A model generated the notes under the pieces. It saw only the letters and a list, made by a program, of their open reading frames with translations, searched no databases and was not told the DNA's origin. Below are positions 25,381 through 35,142 of a stretch of 58,222 nucleotides of DNA, piece after piece. The translations under genes and the position numbers were made by a program. Within the stretch, counting starts at the first letter, position 1; every line of letters begins with the position of its first letter. Origin of the DNA: a virus (taxonomy: Duplodnaviria > Caudoviricetes); IMG/VR virus record IMGVR_UViG_3300045978_000161, positions 1-58,222 of that record. One strand, 5' to 3'.

Positions 25381-25616
25381 AACACATCTGTGACTGCGGG
25401 CAGCGCTACTCGACGCTCGCCGCGCTTGAAGCCTGTCAGGCCGCCGGTCATTCCGCGGCCGCGGGGTGTGAGCTCGCGGATGCGGAAGCGTTCGCGCGCG
25501 AGAACGGAATCAGAGACGGCGAGGTGTACTGCGCGGTCTGCGGCGAGGATCACTTCCCGCCGGCGTGCGTCGACGATTTCCCGGAGCCCGGTGAAATGCG
25601 GGAGACCGGCAAGTGA
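25377..25616 (+). CDS. Small Cys/His-rich protein
   Basis: CDCG...C...H, CAVC. Confidence 0.65.
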   Translation: MKHICDCGQRYSTLAALEACQAAGHSAAAGCELADAEAFARENGIRDGEVYCAVCGEDHFPPACVDDFPEPGEMRETGK

Positions 25617-25837
25617 TCCCGGACGCGAGCAAGCACTGTCCGGATCCGTTCTACCTGCGGGAGCTGGTGCGCCGGTCGGGACTCTCCCAGGAGAACTGCG
25701 CGCGCCGCGTCGGGATCAGCCCGCGCCAGATGCGCTATCACCTGGCGCTCGGTGACGGCCGGCAGGACGCGCCCTACCCCGTGCAGTTCGCCCTGGAGGT
25801 GCTCGCCGGCGTTGTCTCGCCGGCGAGCCGTCGCTAA
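25613..25837 (+). CDS. XRE-type HTH regulator
   Basis: YLRELVRRSGLSQ..CARRVGISPRQMRYHL...APYPVQFALE. Confidence 0.85.
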   Translation: MIPDASKHCPDPFYLRELVRRSGLSQENCARRVGISPRQMRYHLALGDGRQDAPYPVQFALEVLAGVVSPASRR

Positions 25838-26182
25838 TTACTTCTTGGTGGGATCCCGATCGAGCAGCGGCGGTGCGGCCGCTGTTTTCGTTTCCGCGCC
25901 CTTTGCGGTGATGGTGAGCGGCGCGACCGGGGACTGCTGACGTTTCACGATCGCGAGCACGGCGAACAGGATCGCCACACCCTGCGACACGTCCGCAACA
26001 ATGCCGTCGACGTCGATGCTGTCGGTGTCGAGCTGGATGCCGAAGTGCGAGAGCACGCGCAGGCCGATCGACAGGAGCTGCGCGCCGAGTGCGATCACGG
26101 CTCGCACCTGGACTTCCGAGGTGTACCAGGGGGCTGCCGGCAGCACGGGGCCCGGCGTGGGGACTGGATCCGGTGAGTTCAT
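25838..26182 (-). CDS. Putative holin
   Basis: 114 aa, two TM segments, PWYTS motif, directly after the endolysin; GAGGAG SD. Confidence 0.7.
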   Translation of the reverse strand: MNSPDPVPTPGPVLPAAPWYTSEVQVRAVIALGAQLLSIGLRVLSHFGIQLDTDSIDVDGIVADVSQGVAILFAVLAIVKRQQSPVAPLTITAKGAETKTAAAPPLLDRDPTKK

Positions 26183-26238
26183 CTTTCGTCTCCTCGTCTG
26201 GGGAATCGGGGACGGCGTGAACTCTACGCGAGATCTCC

Positions 26239-26718
26239 TCAGGTGTCCGCGGCCGCCTCCCGCAGCGTGTTTGCAGCACGCCGGGCCCACCCTTTGCCGA
26301 ATGTCGGCCACGTGGAGAGCTTCGTCCAGAAGTCCAGGCGCTCTGCAATGAGGCGCGAGATCACGTCGGTGCGGCTCATGGCGGCGATCTTCGCGAGCGT
26401 GACCGGGCCGAGGTGTCCGTCATCGGCGACGCCCACTGCGCGCTGCAGGAGCCGCACCGCGGTCTCGATGCCGCTGTTCACGCCGATGTCGAACACCTGA
26501 TACGCGATCGCCGGGTCGTACTCGGTCATGCGCGCACGCTGCCAGAAGTCCCGCCGGTAGATCTCCTTCGCCTCGTCGCGTGTCAGCTTCGCGATGTCGA
26601 TCGCCGGGTAACTGCGCTTGCTGATGCCCCAGTTCGTCTCGCCACCCGGATCATCCTTGTGGTTGACGTAGCCGCCCTCGTGGCCGATCAGTCTGTCGAA
26701 CACCTCATCGAATCCCAT
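26239..26718 (-). CDS. Endolysin, glycoside hydrolase family 108 with PG-binding C-terminus
   Basis: HEGGYVNHKDDPGGETNWGIS; FGKGWARR. Confidence 0.95.
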   Translation of the reverse strand: MGFDEVFDRLIGHEGGYVNHKDDPGGETNWGISKRSYPAIDIAKLTRDEAKEIYRRDFWQRARMTEYDPAIAYQVFDIGVNSGIETAVRLLQRAVGVADDGHLGPVTLAKIAAMSRTDVISRLIAERLDFWTKLSTWPTFGKGWARRAANTLREAAADT

Positions 26719-26728
26719 GCCGATCTCC

Positions 26729-27112
26729 TCACGCTTGCTCGAGCCCGCGCTTCGCGAGCGCGACCAGGAGCTGCTGGTTGCTGTTCTCCACGCGATCGAG
26801 CGCGCGGACCACATTTGCTTCGAGCTTGTCCTGGCTGCGCTCGACCGCACGCACGCACTCGTTGTTGCTGGCGATCGTCGACGCGCGCAGCTCGTCGAGC
26901 TGGAGCTGCTGCTCCTCTTTCCAGATGTCGAAGTCGCTGCGCGTCAGACGCTCTGCCTCGAGCTTCGTGAGCCGGTGCCCGTGGCGGATCTGCATGGTGG
27001 CGAGCCAGGCCTGGAAGCCGATGAACGCGGTGAGCACCGCGCCGATCACGAGTTCGTAGAAGTACCTGAAGAACCCGTGCTCGGAGCTGTCGGTGACTGG
27101 TGTCGTGTCCAT
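26729..27112 (-). CDS. Single-TM coiled-coil lysis-cassette protein (holin/antiholin-like)
   Basis: N-terminal TM plus coiled coil, upstream of the endolysin. Confidence 0.55.
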   Translation of the reverse strand: MDTTPVTDSSEHGFFRYFYELVIGAVLTAFIGFQAWLATMQIRHGHRLTKLEAERLTRSDFDIWKEEQQLQLDELRASTIASNNECVRAVERSQDKLEANVVRALDRVENSNQQLLVALAKRGLEQA

Positions 27113-27113
27113 G

Positions 27114-28103
27114 TCAGATCTTGAAGTTCAAGAGCCAGGGCCACTGCGCGGACGCACCGGCCGGCGATGTGGTGTGCTGCATGGAGAAGGCCTTCGTTAC
27201 TGGTCCACTCTCGTTGTGCACCTCAAGGGGACCAGTGGGAGACGGGCCATAAGCCATCTGCCGGAGCTTCAGGGGGAAGCCAACCTGCTTGGTCTGCCCT
27301 ATCAGGTTTATGGGGAAGAAGGAGACCTGATTGGTCGCGCTGTTGCGCATGATTTCATCTGAACCGGGGTTATTGTTCAGGAAGGAGTTCGGGACCATTC
27401 CCTGAAAGAACTTCCGGTCGGCAGCGCCGTAGTTAGTCCCGAAGAACATGGTGCCGGTCTGGCCGTACACCATGGAAACGGATGGTGGCTGCCAGGCTGC
27501 GGAGCTTGTCTTGCTGCCGAACAAGCTGAGTTGGTTGCTGGCGTTCGTGCAAAACACTCCGTCGTATTCATTGTCGGCGGCATCCACATAAATTTTGCCG
27601 GCATGGAGGCTGTACGTCGTGACTGACGCGGGATTCGCTGCAATCAGATGGAAGGTCTCCTCGCTGTCGAACCACGAGAGAGTGACGCTCGTCGTGTAAA
27701 GGGTGCTGATCGCGATCATTGACGAGGCCTTCACCACCCCGGTGTCATTGCCGAGGATCGTGCCGGAGGCTGCTGACAGGTTGCTTGGCGAGTCGACGTT
27801 GCCGTTCGGGAACCAGGTGATGCACCAGGAGTTTGCGGTCGGGCTGCCCCCGTAGATTGCCGAGTTGGCGCCGGCCGGAGCGCTGGAGTGGCAGATCAGC
27901 ATGATTCGGCCGTTGCTCGCATCCTTGCGCTTCAGGACGACGTAGAACGGGTTGCTGTTCTGGGAGCTTGCGATCTGCCATTTGAAATCCGCATCGCCGC
28001 TCTTGCTGTTCACCAGCGACACGAGATCGTTTACGAAGTCGGCGTTGCCCGTGCCGGTCTTTGCCTGCGGCCCGGCGACGTGATGGGTTAGTAGTGCGCT
28101 CAT
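27114..28103 (-). CDS. Virion tail protein, candidate receptor-binding
   Basis: 329 aa, Ser/Asn/Thr-rich, at the end of the tail module. Confidence 0.6.
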   Translation of the reverse strand: MSALLTHHVAGPQAKTGTGNADFVNDLVSLVNSKSGDADFKWQIASSQNSNPFYVVLKRKDASNGRIMLICHSSAPAGANSAIYGGSPTANSWCITWFPNGNVDSPSNLSAASGTILGNDTGVVKASSMIAISTLYTTSVTLSWFDSEETFHLIAANPASVTTYSLHAGKIYVDAADNEYDGVFCTNASNQLSLFGSKTSSAAWQPPSVSMVYGQTGTMFFGTNYGAADRKFFQGMVPNSFLNNNPGSDEIMRNSATNQVSFFPINLIGQTKQVGFPLKLRQMAYGPSPTGPLEVHNESGPVTKAFSMQHTTSPAGASAQWPWLLNFKI

Positions 28104-28115
28104 CTGGCTTCTCCC

Positions 28116-28418
28116 TCAAACGTAAGTGCGATTGGTCCACTGGGCAAATTCGTCGATGTCCGCGTTTACCCAATCGGCGTGTTCATAGATGTAATTGCGC
28201 GTATTCCAGGCGATGCCAGCCTGGCCGGCGCCGGCGACCACCGTCACCCAGGCATCGTTAGCGTCGTTGCGCACCTTGAGTGCATTACCGTTGCCGGAGT
28301 CGACCCACCACTTGCCCGGGCCGACGAAGTTGGCGGCGTCGAGTGCGGGGTCGGTGTTCTGAAAGAACGCTGCGGGGTGTACCGCGAATTTTCCGGCGAG
28401 TAGGTGATGCTCGGTCAT
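28116..28418 (-). CDS. Small tail-fibre adaptor-like protein
   Basis: TDPALDAAN..GPGKWWVD...LKVRN.ANDAW; paralogue of 28418-28618. Confidence 0.65.
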   Translation of the reverse strand: MTEHHLLAGKFAVHPAAFFQNTDPALDAANFVGPGKWWVDSGNGNALKVRNDANDAWVTVVAGAGQAGIAWNTRNYIYEHADWVNADIDEFAQWTNRTYV

Positions 28419-28618
28419 CAGACTGCTCCCAGGCTTTCCCAGTCGGTGTTGCCAGTGTTGCGGATCTGCAGGATCAGCAAGCTCGGAATGAACCAGAGCT
28501 TGCCGGCAGTGATCGCGTTCGCGGCATCGAGCGCCGGATCCGTCTCGCTGTGGATTGCGATCGGGTGTATCGCTGATGGCCCGGTCTCACGCATGTGCGC
28601 TGTATAGGTAACGGGCAT
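28418..28618 (-). CDS. Small tail-fibre adaptor-like protein
   Basis: TDPALDAAN...GKLWF...LQIRNTGNTDW. Confidence 0.65.
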   Translation of the reverse strand: MPVTYTAHMRETGPSAIHPIAIHSETDPALDAANAITAGKLWFIPSLLILQIRNTGNTDWESLGAV

Positions 28619-30807
28619 CAGAAGGTCTCTCGCACGCCGGTGACAATTTCGCCGTCGCTGAATAGTACTTGAGGATCCGCTGGATCACCGTTGGACAGTG
28701 GCAATAGGTAATGCCCGCCGCCGGCGTTGAGTGTCACCTGGCCCGGTGTGGAGCTGTCGACCGTGATGCCGGTGCCGCCGATCAGCCGGCGCGAGTTGGC
28801 GAGCGTCGCGGTCTCATCGGCGAAGGTGATGAACGTCTGGTCGAGTGATCCACCTCCCACACGATCGGCCGAAATCTTTCGGTATGCCAGCAGGTTGTTG
28901 TCCCACACAACCAGGTCCATGTCGTCGAATGCCGGCGTGGTCTCGTCGACTTCATCGAGTGGCGGGATCGCCGGCGTCCAGGCCGGCGGGATCTGCGCGC
29001 CGTACTCGTCGACGGAAGTGTGCTGGCCCGTGCCCTGATCGAAGATGATCGAGCCTTCGCCCGGATCAATGAACGTCCAGGTGTCATCGTCGAGATCTGC
29101 CTCCGCGATTTCGCCCTCGTGGCCTGCCCACACGCCTGTCGCGCCTGGCCCGATGAGCCAGCGATCGCCATCGTTGACGGTTTCCACGTCCGGATCCGGC
29201 GGCGTGCTGCGCGTGCCCAGCACCGCGGAGGTCGGCGGCGGTGCATCGTCCGGCGGATCAATCGGCGCGATCGGTGTCGCCGTCGGTGTCTCCGCCTGGT
29301 ACTCGGTCCCGGGCAGCGCGTAGATGTCCTCCACTGCCTGCACGCTCACCTTCGAGTCCTGCAGGGTGCCGCTGCGCACGGTGATCACTCGGAACACGGT
29401 GGGCAGCAGCTCGTGAGGCTCCCACTCCAGGCGCACGACGTCGCCCGACTGGTGATTGAACGCGCGCAACGCCTCGAATTCGATTCGCGCCAGGGGCAGT
29501 GACTTCGCGAGCAGCTCGCGGCCGGCGACGCGGCGGATCAGCTCGTGATCGTTGATCGCGGTGAAGTCCATCTTCTCCGGGATCCGGCGGGCCTGTGCCT
29601 GGATGTTGCCGAGGTCCTGGACGACGATCTCCGCGGCCTTGCCGGTGTCGGGGTTCGTCCAGGCGAGTGTCAGCTCGTTGACCGTCTCGCCCCAGCTGCG
29701 TCGCTCGAAACTCTCGACCCTGTTGATCGTGCCCTTGCCGTACAGCGGCAGATCCGCCGGCACATAGTCGCCGCGGATGAGTTTGATCAGGTAGCGGCCG
29801 GTCGAAGGATCGAACGCGAGAATGCCGGCGATGTGATCGAGCACGATGCCCAGGAAATCTTCGATGCTCGTCTGCTGGTTCCACAGCATGTTGAGCCCGA
29901 ACTCCTCATCGAACAGCGTGTCGGCGACCGCGCGAAAGTTGGCGTCGGTGATGTCGTCGACCGGATCCGCGGCCATGCCCCACTCAGGATCCGTCAGGCA
30001 CTGATAGATGATGTGCGCCGGATTCATTCCGGTGCCGCCGCCCGGTAGCGTGATGGTGGCCTTCTCCGGATACCACACCTCATCGTCGTGCCAGCCCTTC
30101 TCGATGCGCGTGGCCGTGACTGCCATCGCTTTCACGTAAGGAGTGGTGCCGACGTAGCCCTTGGTGAGCACCTTGAGGAGCCCGCGGATGCCGGCGCCCG
30201 GCACCTGCTGAGTGCCGCGCTTGGACACCAGGCAGAACACACCGCGATACGCCGGCACCGGCGCCGCCTGCTGGCTCGCGAGATAGGTGTTCACCGCCTG
30301 GTCCGCGGCGCCCATGCACACGTCGACGTCGGCGATGTAGCCGCCCTCGCGCTTCTCACCGCCGAACAGATTCGGCTGATTGATGTCGAGCGTCGTGTTG
30401 TCGGTGGCGTTGCCGGACCAGGCGAGCTTGTCGCCCATTTCGATCTTCGTCAGCTTGTCGACGGGCCCATGGCAGAACCCGAGGTGCATTCCCAAGTGAT
30501 ACTTGTAGCCGACGGTGGTCGAGGAAAAGAGCGACTTCTTCTTGATCTTGATGCTCTTGAGATCGCCGTACCACAGCACGTTCGCGCCGGTGATGCGCCA
30601 GGTGCCGAACAGCACCGGGATCGGCCTGTCCTCCTCCGCCACCGGAACGTCGAAATCTTCCAGCGCTGCCGATCGCGGCTTCGGCGGCTTGGGCGCCAGC
30701 ACGATCGAGAGGATCAGGACGATGATGTAGTAAATGATCTGGACCCATCCGCCTTGATATTTGCGGATGTTCCGGATCTGTCGGCGAGTTCTAGCTAGTC
30801 CTAACAT
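28618..30807 (-). CDS. Tail tip / hub protein with fused N-terminal tail-assembly module and DUF2793-like C-terminal segment
   Basis: PIPVLFGT..ITGANVLWYGD; VGYKYHLGMH.GFCHGPVD; MNPAHIIY.CLTDPEWG; GDRWLIG..ATGVWAGHEGEIA. Confidence 0.85.
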   Translation of the reverse strand: MLGLARTRRQIRNIRKYQGGWVQIIYYIIVLILSIVLAPKPPKPRSAALEDFDVPVAEEDRPIPVLFGTWRITGANVLWYGDLKSIKIKKKSLFSSTTVGYKYHLGMHLGFCHGPVDKLTKIEMGDKLAWSGNATDNTTLDINQPNLFGGEKREGGYIADVDVCMGAADQAVNTYLASQQAAPVPAYRGVFCLVSKRGTQQVPGAGIRGLLKVLTKGYVGTTPYVKAMAVTATRIEKGWHDDEVWYPEKATITLPGGGTGMNPAHIIYQCLTDPEWGMAADPVDDITDANFRAVADTLFDEEFGLNMLWNQQTSIEDFLGIVLDHIAGILAFDPSTGRYLIKLIRGDYVPADLPLYGKGTINRVESFERRSWGETVNELTLAWTNPDTGKAAEIVVQDLGNIQAQARRIPEKMDFTAINDHELIRRVAGRELLAKSLPLARIEFEALRAFNHQSGDVVRLEWEPHELLPTVFRVITVRSGTLQDSKVSVQAVEDIYALPGTEYQAETPTATPIAPIDPPDDAPPPTSAVLGTRSTPPDPDVETVNDGDRWLIGPGATGVWAGHEGEIAEADLDDDTWTFIDPGEGSIIFDQGTGQHTSVDEYGAQIPPAWTPAIPPLDEVDETTPAFDDMDLVVWDNNLLAYRKISADRVGGGSLDQTFITFADETATLANSRRLIGGTGITVDSSTPGQVTLNAGGGHYLLPLSNGDPADPQVLFSDGEIVTGVRETF

Positions 30808-31625
30808 CAGAACACCGAAGTCTGTCCCATGGGGTTCTGCCGCGGCACGTAGTCGAACCCGCCGTAGTTGAGGATGTTGTCGAAAAAGTCGTTGCAGTCC
30901 GGCCGATCGTGCTTGCAGCCAGGCGAGACGATGATGCTGTCGAGCGCCGCGAGCCCGGCGAACGGGTGCGTCAGCACGATGGTGTCACCGGAGTGCGAGG
31001 CAATGCCGCGCTTCTCGATGCGGCCCGGGGTCGGCTCGAACTTGACGACGCCGCCGGCGAATCGCCCATCGTCGAAGGTGTCGAAGATTGCCGCGGAGAT
31101 CTCGGTGCCGCTCACGCCGTCGACGGTGGTGGTGATCTGGAAGTCCGCCTCGACCGCCTTGCACGCCGGCCCGTACAGCACGTGCGGGCAGCCGGCGCCG
31201 TAGGTGCGACGCAAACCCATCTGCTTGATCGAGGTGAACTTGTTCTCGCAGTAGAGCTTGCCCATGTTGGCGATGCGCTTGCCGTTCAGGACGCGGCCGC
31301 GCCAGATGACGCGCAGCTCCTGATCGGGATCGTTGCGATGGAACCGCGAGATCGTGAGCGTGATCACATCCGACGGTGGCGCACCTTCGTAGAAGTCCAG
31401 CACCGGGAAATCGAGTGGGCAGTCGATGTCGATCGAGTTCTTGGGCAGCTCGTCGGTCGACTCGAATGGCCCGTGATTCAGCGCATACGGCAGATAGAGC
31501 AGGCTCGCGACGGTCTGCTGCGTGCCCGCGGAGGTGTAGCGGAAGTTGGTGCCGTAGACCCGGAAGGTGTACAGCTCCACCGGCGACGCCAGCTCAACGC
31601 TCTGTTCGTACTGGTCATAGCTCAT
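30807..31625 (-). CDS. Phage BR0599-family baseplate hub protein (Fe-S cysteines)
   Basis: PVELYTF; CPHVLYGPAC; PGCKH...C...FDNILNYGGF.YVP. Confidence 0.9.
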   Translation of the reverse strand: MSYDQYEQSVELASPVELYTFRVYGTNFRYTSAGTQQTVASLLYLPYALNHGPFESTDELPKNSIDIDCPLDFPVLDFYEGAPPSDVITLTISRFHRNDPDQELRVIWRGRVLNGKRIANMGKLYCENKFTSIKQMGLRRTYGAGCPHVLYGPACKAVEADFQITTTVDGVSGTEISAAIFDTFDDGRFAGGVVKFEPTPGRIEKRGIASHSGDTIVLTHPFAGLAALDSIIVSPGCKHDRPDCNDFFDNILNYGGFDYVPRQNPMGQTSVF

Positions 31626-33300
31626 TGCGCGGCCCCTTGAATGGCAGGACTGCCTCGAGCTGCGTGGGCGTGGCCCAGGTCAGCTCAATGCTGTCCGCGT
31701 CCAGGCGAACGTAGTGCATCCAGGAGATGCGCTCCACATCCTCCGGCTCGAACTGCTCCGGGAAAACCGCATTCAGCACCAGGCGCTCTGTGAGCTCGTT
31801 GGGTGCCGATGGATCCGTGACGCGCCGGTAGTACACGTTGCCGTTTTTCAGCTGGACGCGAATGTCTCGCCGGCCGGGTTCCGATTCTGCGAAGTGCACC
31901 AGGCCGCAGGCCTCGACGTCGATGTTGAGCGAGGAGGTGGCGACCAGGTTGGTGAGCTTCAGATCGTCGCACCAGGTGGGCAGCCAGATGCCGCGGCACC
32001 GTCCCTTGCGTGCATAGATCCACTCGCGCAGGTAGTCGCAATCCTCGCGGTTCATGCAGGTGAACACGAAGCGCGGCTGCGCGATCGCCAGCTCCGACTC
32101 GTCGGTGACGACGATTGCGCCGAGCCGGAAGTCACTCACCTCCAGCTTGCGTGCGTAGTCCAGCTCCGGACCCTCGCGCCAGTTCATTTCCCGCTCCATG
32201 ACTGGCAGGTCCCTGTAGAGCGTTTCGTCGAGTGCGTCGTGCGTGATCTCCTCGATCGACTCGAAGCGTGCGACGCCGCGCGCGTAGTTGCGGTAGAAGC
32301 GCTGCGTCGCGCGCGGATCCAGGAGCCGCGCGCTGCGTGCCGGATACACCTTGGATCCGATCGGCCAGGTGGCAATGATCGGCGCCTGCAGGTTCACCGC
32401 GTCTGGATCCACCGAGTCGATGCCGAAGGCCTCATAGGTGCCGTCCGGGCCAACGACGATGCCGAGCCCCAGGGCGTGATAGTCGCGGCCAGCGGTGTCG
32501 ATCGGGATCTCCTCCGCGCCGGCGAGGAGTGGCGCGGCGAGCGCGGTGACGTCGGTCCAGATCGGCACGGCCCAGTTGTTGCCGCCCCACCCGAAAATGA
32601 TGTTCTCGAAAAGGCGGCGCGTGCTGTCGCGCACGTCGAAGCTGAACTCCCACTCGATGCGCGCGCCGCCCATCAGCTGCGCGCGCTGCTCGCTGCCGTC
32701 GTAGGCCTCCTGCACGTCGGTCGAGAATCCCAGGCGCTCGATCACGGGATTGACCCAGTTGGCTTCCCACACCCAGGCGACGATGCGAATGCCCTGCACG
32801 TGGACGACGAATTCCGCGACGTCGAAGGTGAAGGTGAAGTCGGCGTCGACTGTGGGTGGCCCTTCGGTGCTGATGCTGAAGGTGTAGAACGCCTGCTCGA
32901 GCGGCTGCAGATCGAATGGCGGCGGCGCCGGCAGCGTCAGCACCACGCCGGTGTCGCCGACGGCCACGACGCTCACCAACGTGCGCGGCACGAAGAATGC
33001 ATTCCAGATCGAGACCGGCCGCTCCTGAACGCTCACCACGTTGCCGAGGTCGATGATCAAGGGCTCCACGTGGAGGCGCTCGTACCAGTCCAGGAAACCG
33101 AAGGCCTTCTGGTGATTGCCCGCGCGATCCTGCGGGATCTCGTCGACCGGCTGCGTGTTCGCCTTGAGACCATTGGTCAGGTCCGGGTTGCCGGTCCACA
33201 CCAATAGATAGTCCGGCTCCACCATGAAGCCGATGTCAGGATTGGTCGGCTCCGCGGTGAAGATTCCGGACGGGAACAGGTTGCCGGCGAAGTCCGCCAT
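31615..33300 (-). CDS. Minor tail / distal tail-like structural protein
   Basis: 561 aa between tape measure and hub; IDLGNVVS; NWVNPVIERL.F.TDV...DGSEQR. Confidence 0.8.
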   Translation of the reverse strand: MADFAGNLFPSGIFTAEPTNPDIGFMVEPDYLLVWTGNPDLTNGLKANTQPVDEIPQDRAGNHQKAFGFLDWYERLHVEPLIIDLGNVVSVQERPVSIWNAFFVPRTLVSVVAVGDTGVVLTLPAPPPFDLQPLEQAFYTFSISTEGPPTVDADFTFTFDVAEFVVHVQGIRIVAWVWEANWVNPVIERLGFSTDVQEAYDGSEQRAQLMGGARIEWEFSFDVRDSTRRLFENIIFGWGGNNWAVPIWTDVTALAAPLLAGAEEIPIDTAGRDYHALGLGIVVGPDGTYEAFGIDSVDPDAVNLQAPIIATWPIGSKVYPARSARLLDPRATQRFYRNYARGVARFESIEEITHDALDETLYRDLPVMEREMNWREGPELDYARKLEVSDFRLGAIVVTDESELAIAQPRFVFTCMNREDCDYLREWIYARKGRCRGIWLPTWCDDLKLTNLVATSSLNIDVEACGLVHFAESEPGRRDIRVQLKNGNVYYRRVTDPSAPNELTERLVLNAVFPEQFEPEDVERISWMHYVRLDADSIELTWATPTQLEAVLPFKGPRNEL

Positions 33301-34221
33301 TTACGGCCTCAGGTGCGCGTAGCCGTACAGCCCGCTCGAAAGGATGCCGGTGCCGGGCTGCGTCAGGTGCCGCTGGAACACGGGGAACACCTGCCACTGC
33401 TGACCGCCGTAGCTCACGATCTCGCCCGGATCGAAGTTGCGCATGGAGACGAAGCGCAGGTTCGGGATCCTGCCGACTGGCGACGCCAGGCCACTCGCGC
33501 GCGCGACGAAGTACTCGCACGGGAACAGCGCGGTGCGCAGGTTCCACGACTGATCTTGAGTCGGCCAGTAGCTTGCCCACAGCCCGTCGCCGCGGCCGCT
33601 GCCGAATGCCATGTCATCGTCCGACGCCAGGCTCGCCGGCTGCTTCATGATTGCCCAGTTGGGCGATGCCTTGCCGTCGTAGTCGACCCATAAGTGCCCC
33701 GTGAGCTTGGTCGAGTTGGTTGCATCGCAGATGTGCCGCACGCCACCATAGTCCGCGAAGGGGATCGAGAAGATTGCGCTGGCGTCGCCCTCGGTCGAGT
33801 CGCAATACACGCCACCATCGTAGGTGCCGGACGGCACCAGCTGTCCGATCGTCCAGTGCCGGAAGATGTTGGCGCTGATCTCGACCGAGACGTGCACGTA
33901 CTCGTATCCATCTTCGTCGCCGAGATAGAAGTGATACGCGGTGTACGGCCCGGCGCCGAGATCCAGGATGTCGGTGACGGTGGCCGCGCCAGGCTGCGCA
34001 TTCCAGGCCGCCGCGCCGCTGTAGCCGGTGCAGCCGCGGCGCTGCCACTGGGTCGTTGTCGCGTCGATGCCGGCGTAAATGATGCCGCTGCCGCCGTTGT
34101 GGATCACGGCATCGCCCGACGCCGGCGCGGAGCTTGTCCACCCGTTCGCGGTGATGAAGGTGATCAGCTTCGACAGCAGATCAGCGGGATCGGTGGCAAC
34201 ACCTGTCTCGTAAGTCACCAT
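33301..34221 (-). CDS. Virion structural protein
   Basis: YETGVATDPADLLSKL..F..ANGW; tail module position. Confidence 0.8.
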   Translation of the reverse strand: MVTYETGVATDPADLLSKLITFITANGWTSSAPASGDAVIHNGGSGIIYAGIDATTTQWQRRGCTGYSGAAAWNAQPGAATVTDILDLGAGPYTAYHFYLGDEDGYEYVHVSVEISANIFRHWTIGQLVPSGTYDGGVYCDSTEGDASAIFSIPFADYGGVRHICDATNSTKLTGHLWVDYDGKASPNWAIMKQPASLASDDDMAFGSGRGDGLWASYWPTQDQSWNLRTALFPCEYFVARASGLASPVGRIPNLRFVSMRNFDPGEIVSYGGQQWQVFPVFQRHLTQPGTGILSSGLYGYAHLRP

Positions 34222-34227
34222 GCTCGC

Positions 34228-35142
34228 TCACTCCAGTTTGATCGCCGCGTAGTAGTACCGCGCGGTGCGGTGGAGATTCTGCACGACCAGGTACGGAATG
34301 CCGTCGATCGTCACCGTGTTCTCGGATGCATTGTTGAAGCCCGACACCGCATACACACCGTCGATCTCGCCAAAGGTGTCGCTGACCGGATTGGTGCCCA
34401 TGAGGATTAGTGGCTTCAGCCAGTAGGTCCCGTCGACGTTCTCCCGTAGCTCGCGATAGCGCGTCTGCACCTGCCCATCCAGCGAGTCCGCGGCATAAGG
34501 CCACACGTGATTGCTGCTCGAGACGCCGGACTCACCGCCGCCCGACTGCTGGAAGTTCTGCACCGCGCGCCAGGATCCGGCGCCGGGCATCAGCATGTAG
34601 GCGCTGCTGCCTGGATCCCAGAAGTTGCGGTTGTTCTCATTGGTCGTCGACCAGCGAGTTGTCGGTGTGGCGACCGGCGCCGCGAGGTAGTAAGGCTGCG
34701 GGTATTCGCCCGGCGTGCCGTATGGCAGGTATTTGCCGGCGTGCGCCGACGGGTAGACGGTCGAGACCTTCGGAGTGATCGTGACGCGCTGGCCGTTCGC
34801 CACGAACCAGTACTGCATCGGCTGATTCCAGATCGGCAGATAGACCACCGTCGAAATGCCGGGCTGCTCGAGATCTCCCAGGCCCGCGTTGTAGCTGCGG
34901 AACATCCAGATGCCGAGCGCATAGGTGTCGGTGCCGACATCTTCGTGCAGGCTGAAGCCGACGAAGATCTCCTCCGTGGTGCTGATGCCAGGCGCCATGT
35001 ACAACGCGCGCTTGTTGAGTGAGTCGTAGCGCAGCAGCTCCCAGTCCGGGCCGCCCGGCGTGGTGACGCTGCGCTCCAGGAAATCGCGCAGCCGATCGAA
35101 CAGATCTTCGTGATCGGCTGCGGTGTCAATCTCGACGGCCAT
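34228..35142 (-). CDS. Virion structural protein
   Basis: ATG 35142; YWFVANGQR; GEIDGVYAVSGFNNASEN. Confidence 0.8.
   Translation of the reverse strand: MAVEIDTAADHEDLFDRLRDFLERSVTTPGGPDWELLRYDSLNKRALYMAPGISTTEEIFVGFSLHEDVGTDTYALGIWMFRSYNAGLGDLEQPGISTVVYLPIWNQPMQYWFVANGQRVTITPKVSTVYPSAHAGKYLPYGTPGEYPQPYYLAAPVATPTTRWSTTNENNRNFWDPGSSAYMLMPGAGSWRAVQNFQQSGGGESGVSSSNHVWPYAADSLDGQVQTRYRELRENVDGTYWLKPLILMGTNPVSDTFGEIDGVYAVSGFNNASENTVTIDGIPYLVVQNLHRTARYYYAAIKLE

Noticed and set aside
30688-30807. Tail-tip N-terminus as a type IV prepilin-like leader (basic...QGG then hydrophobic)
   Set aside because: Lacks the F+1 and E+5 residues; a hydrophobic N-terminal helix is normal for this tail module.
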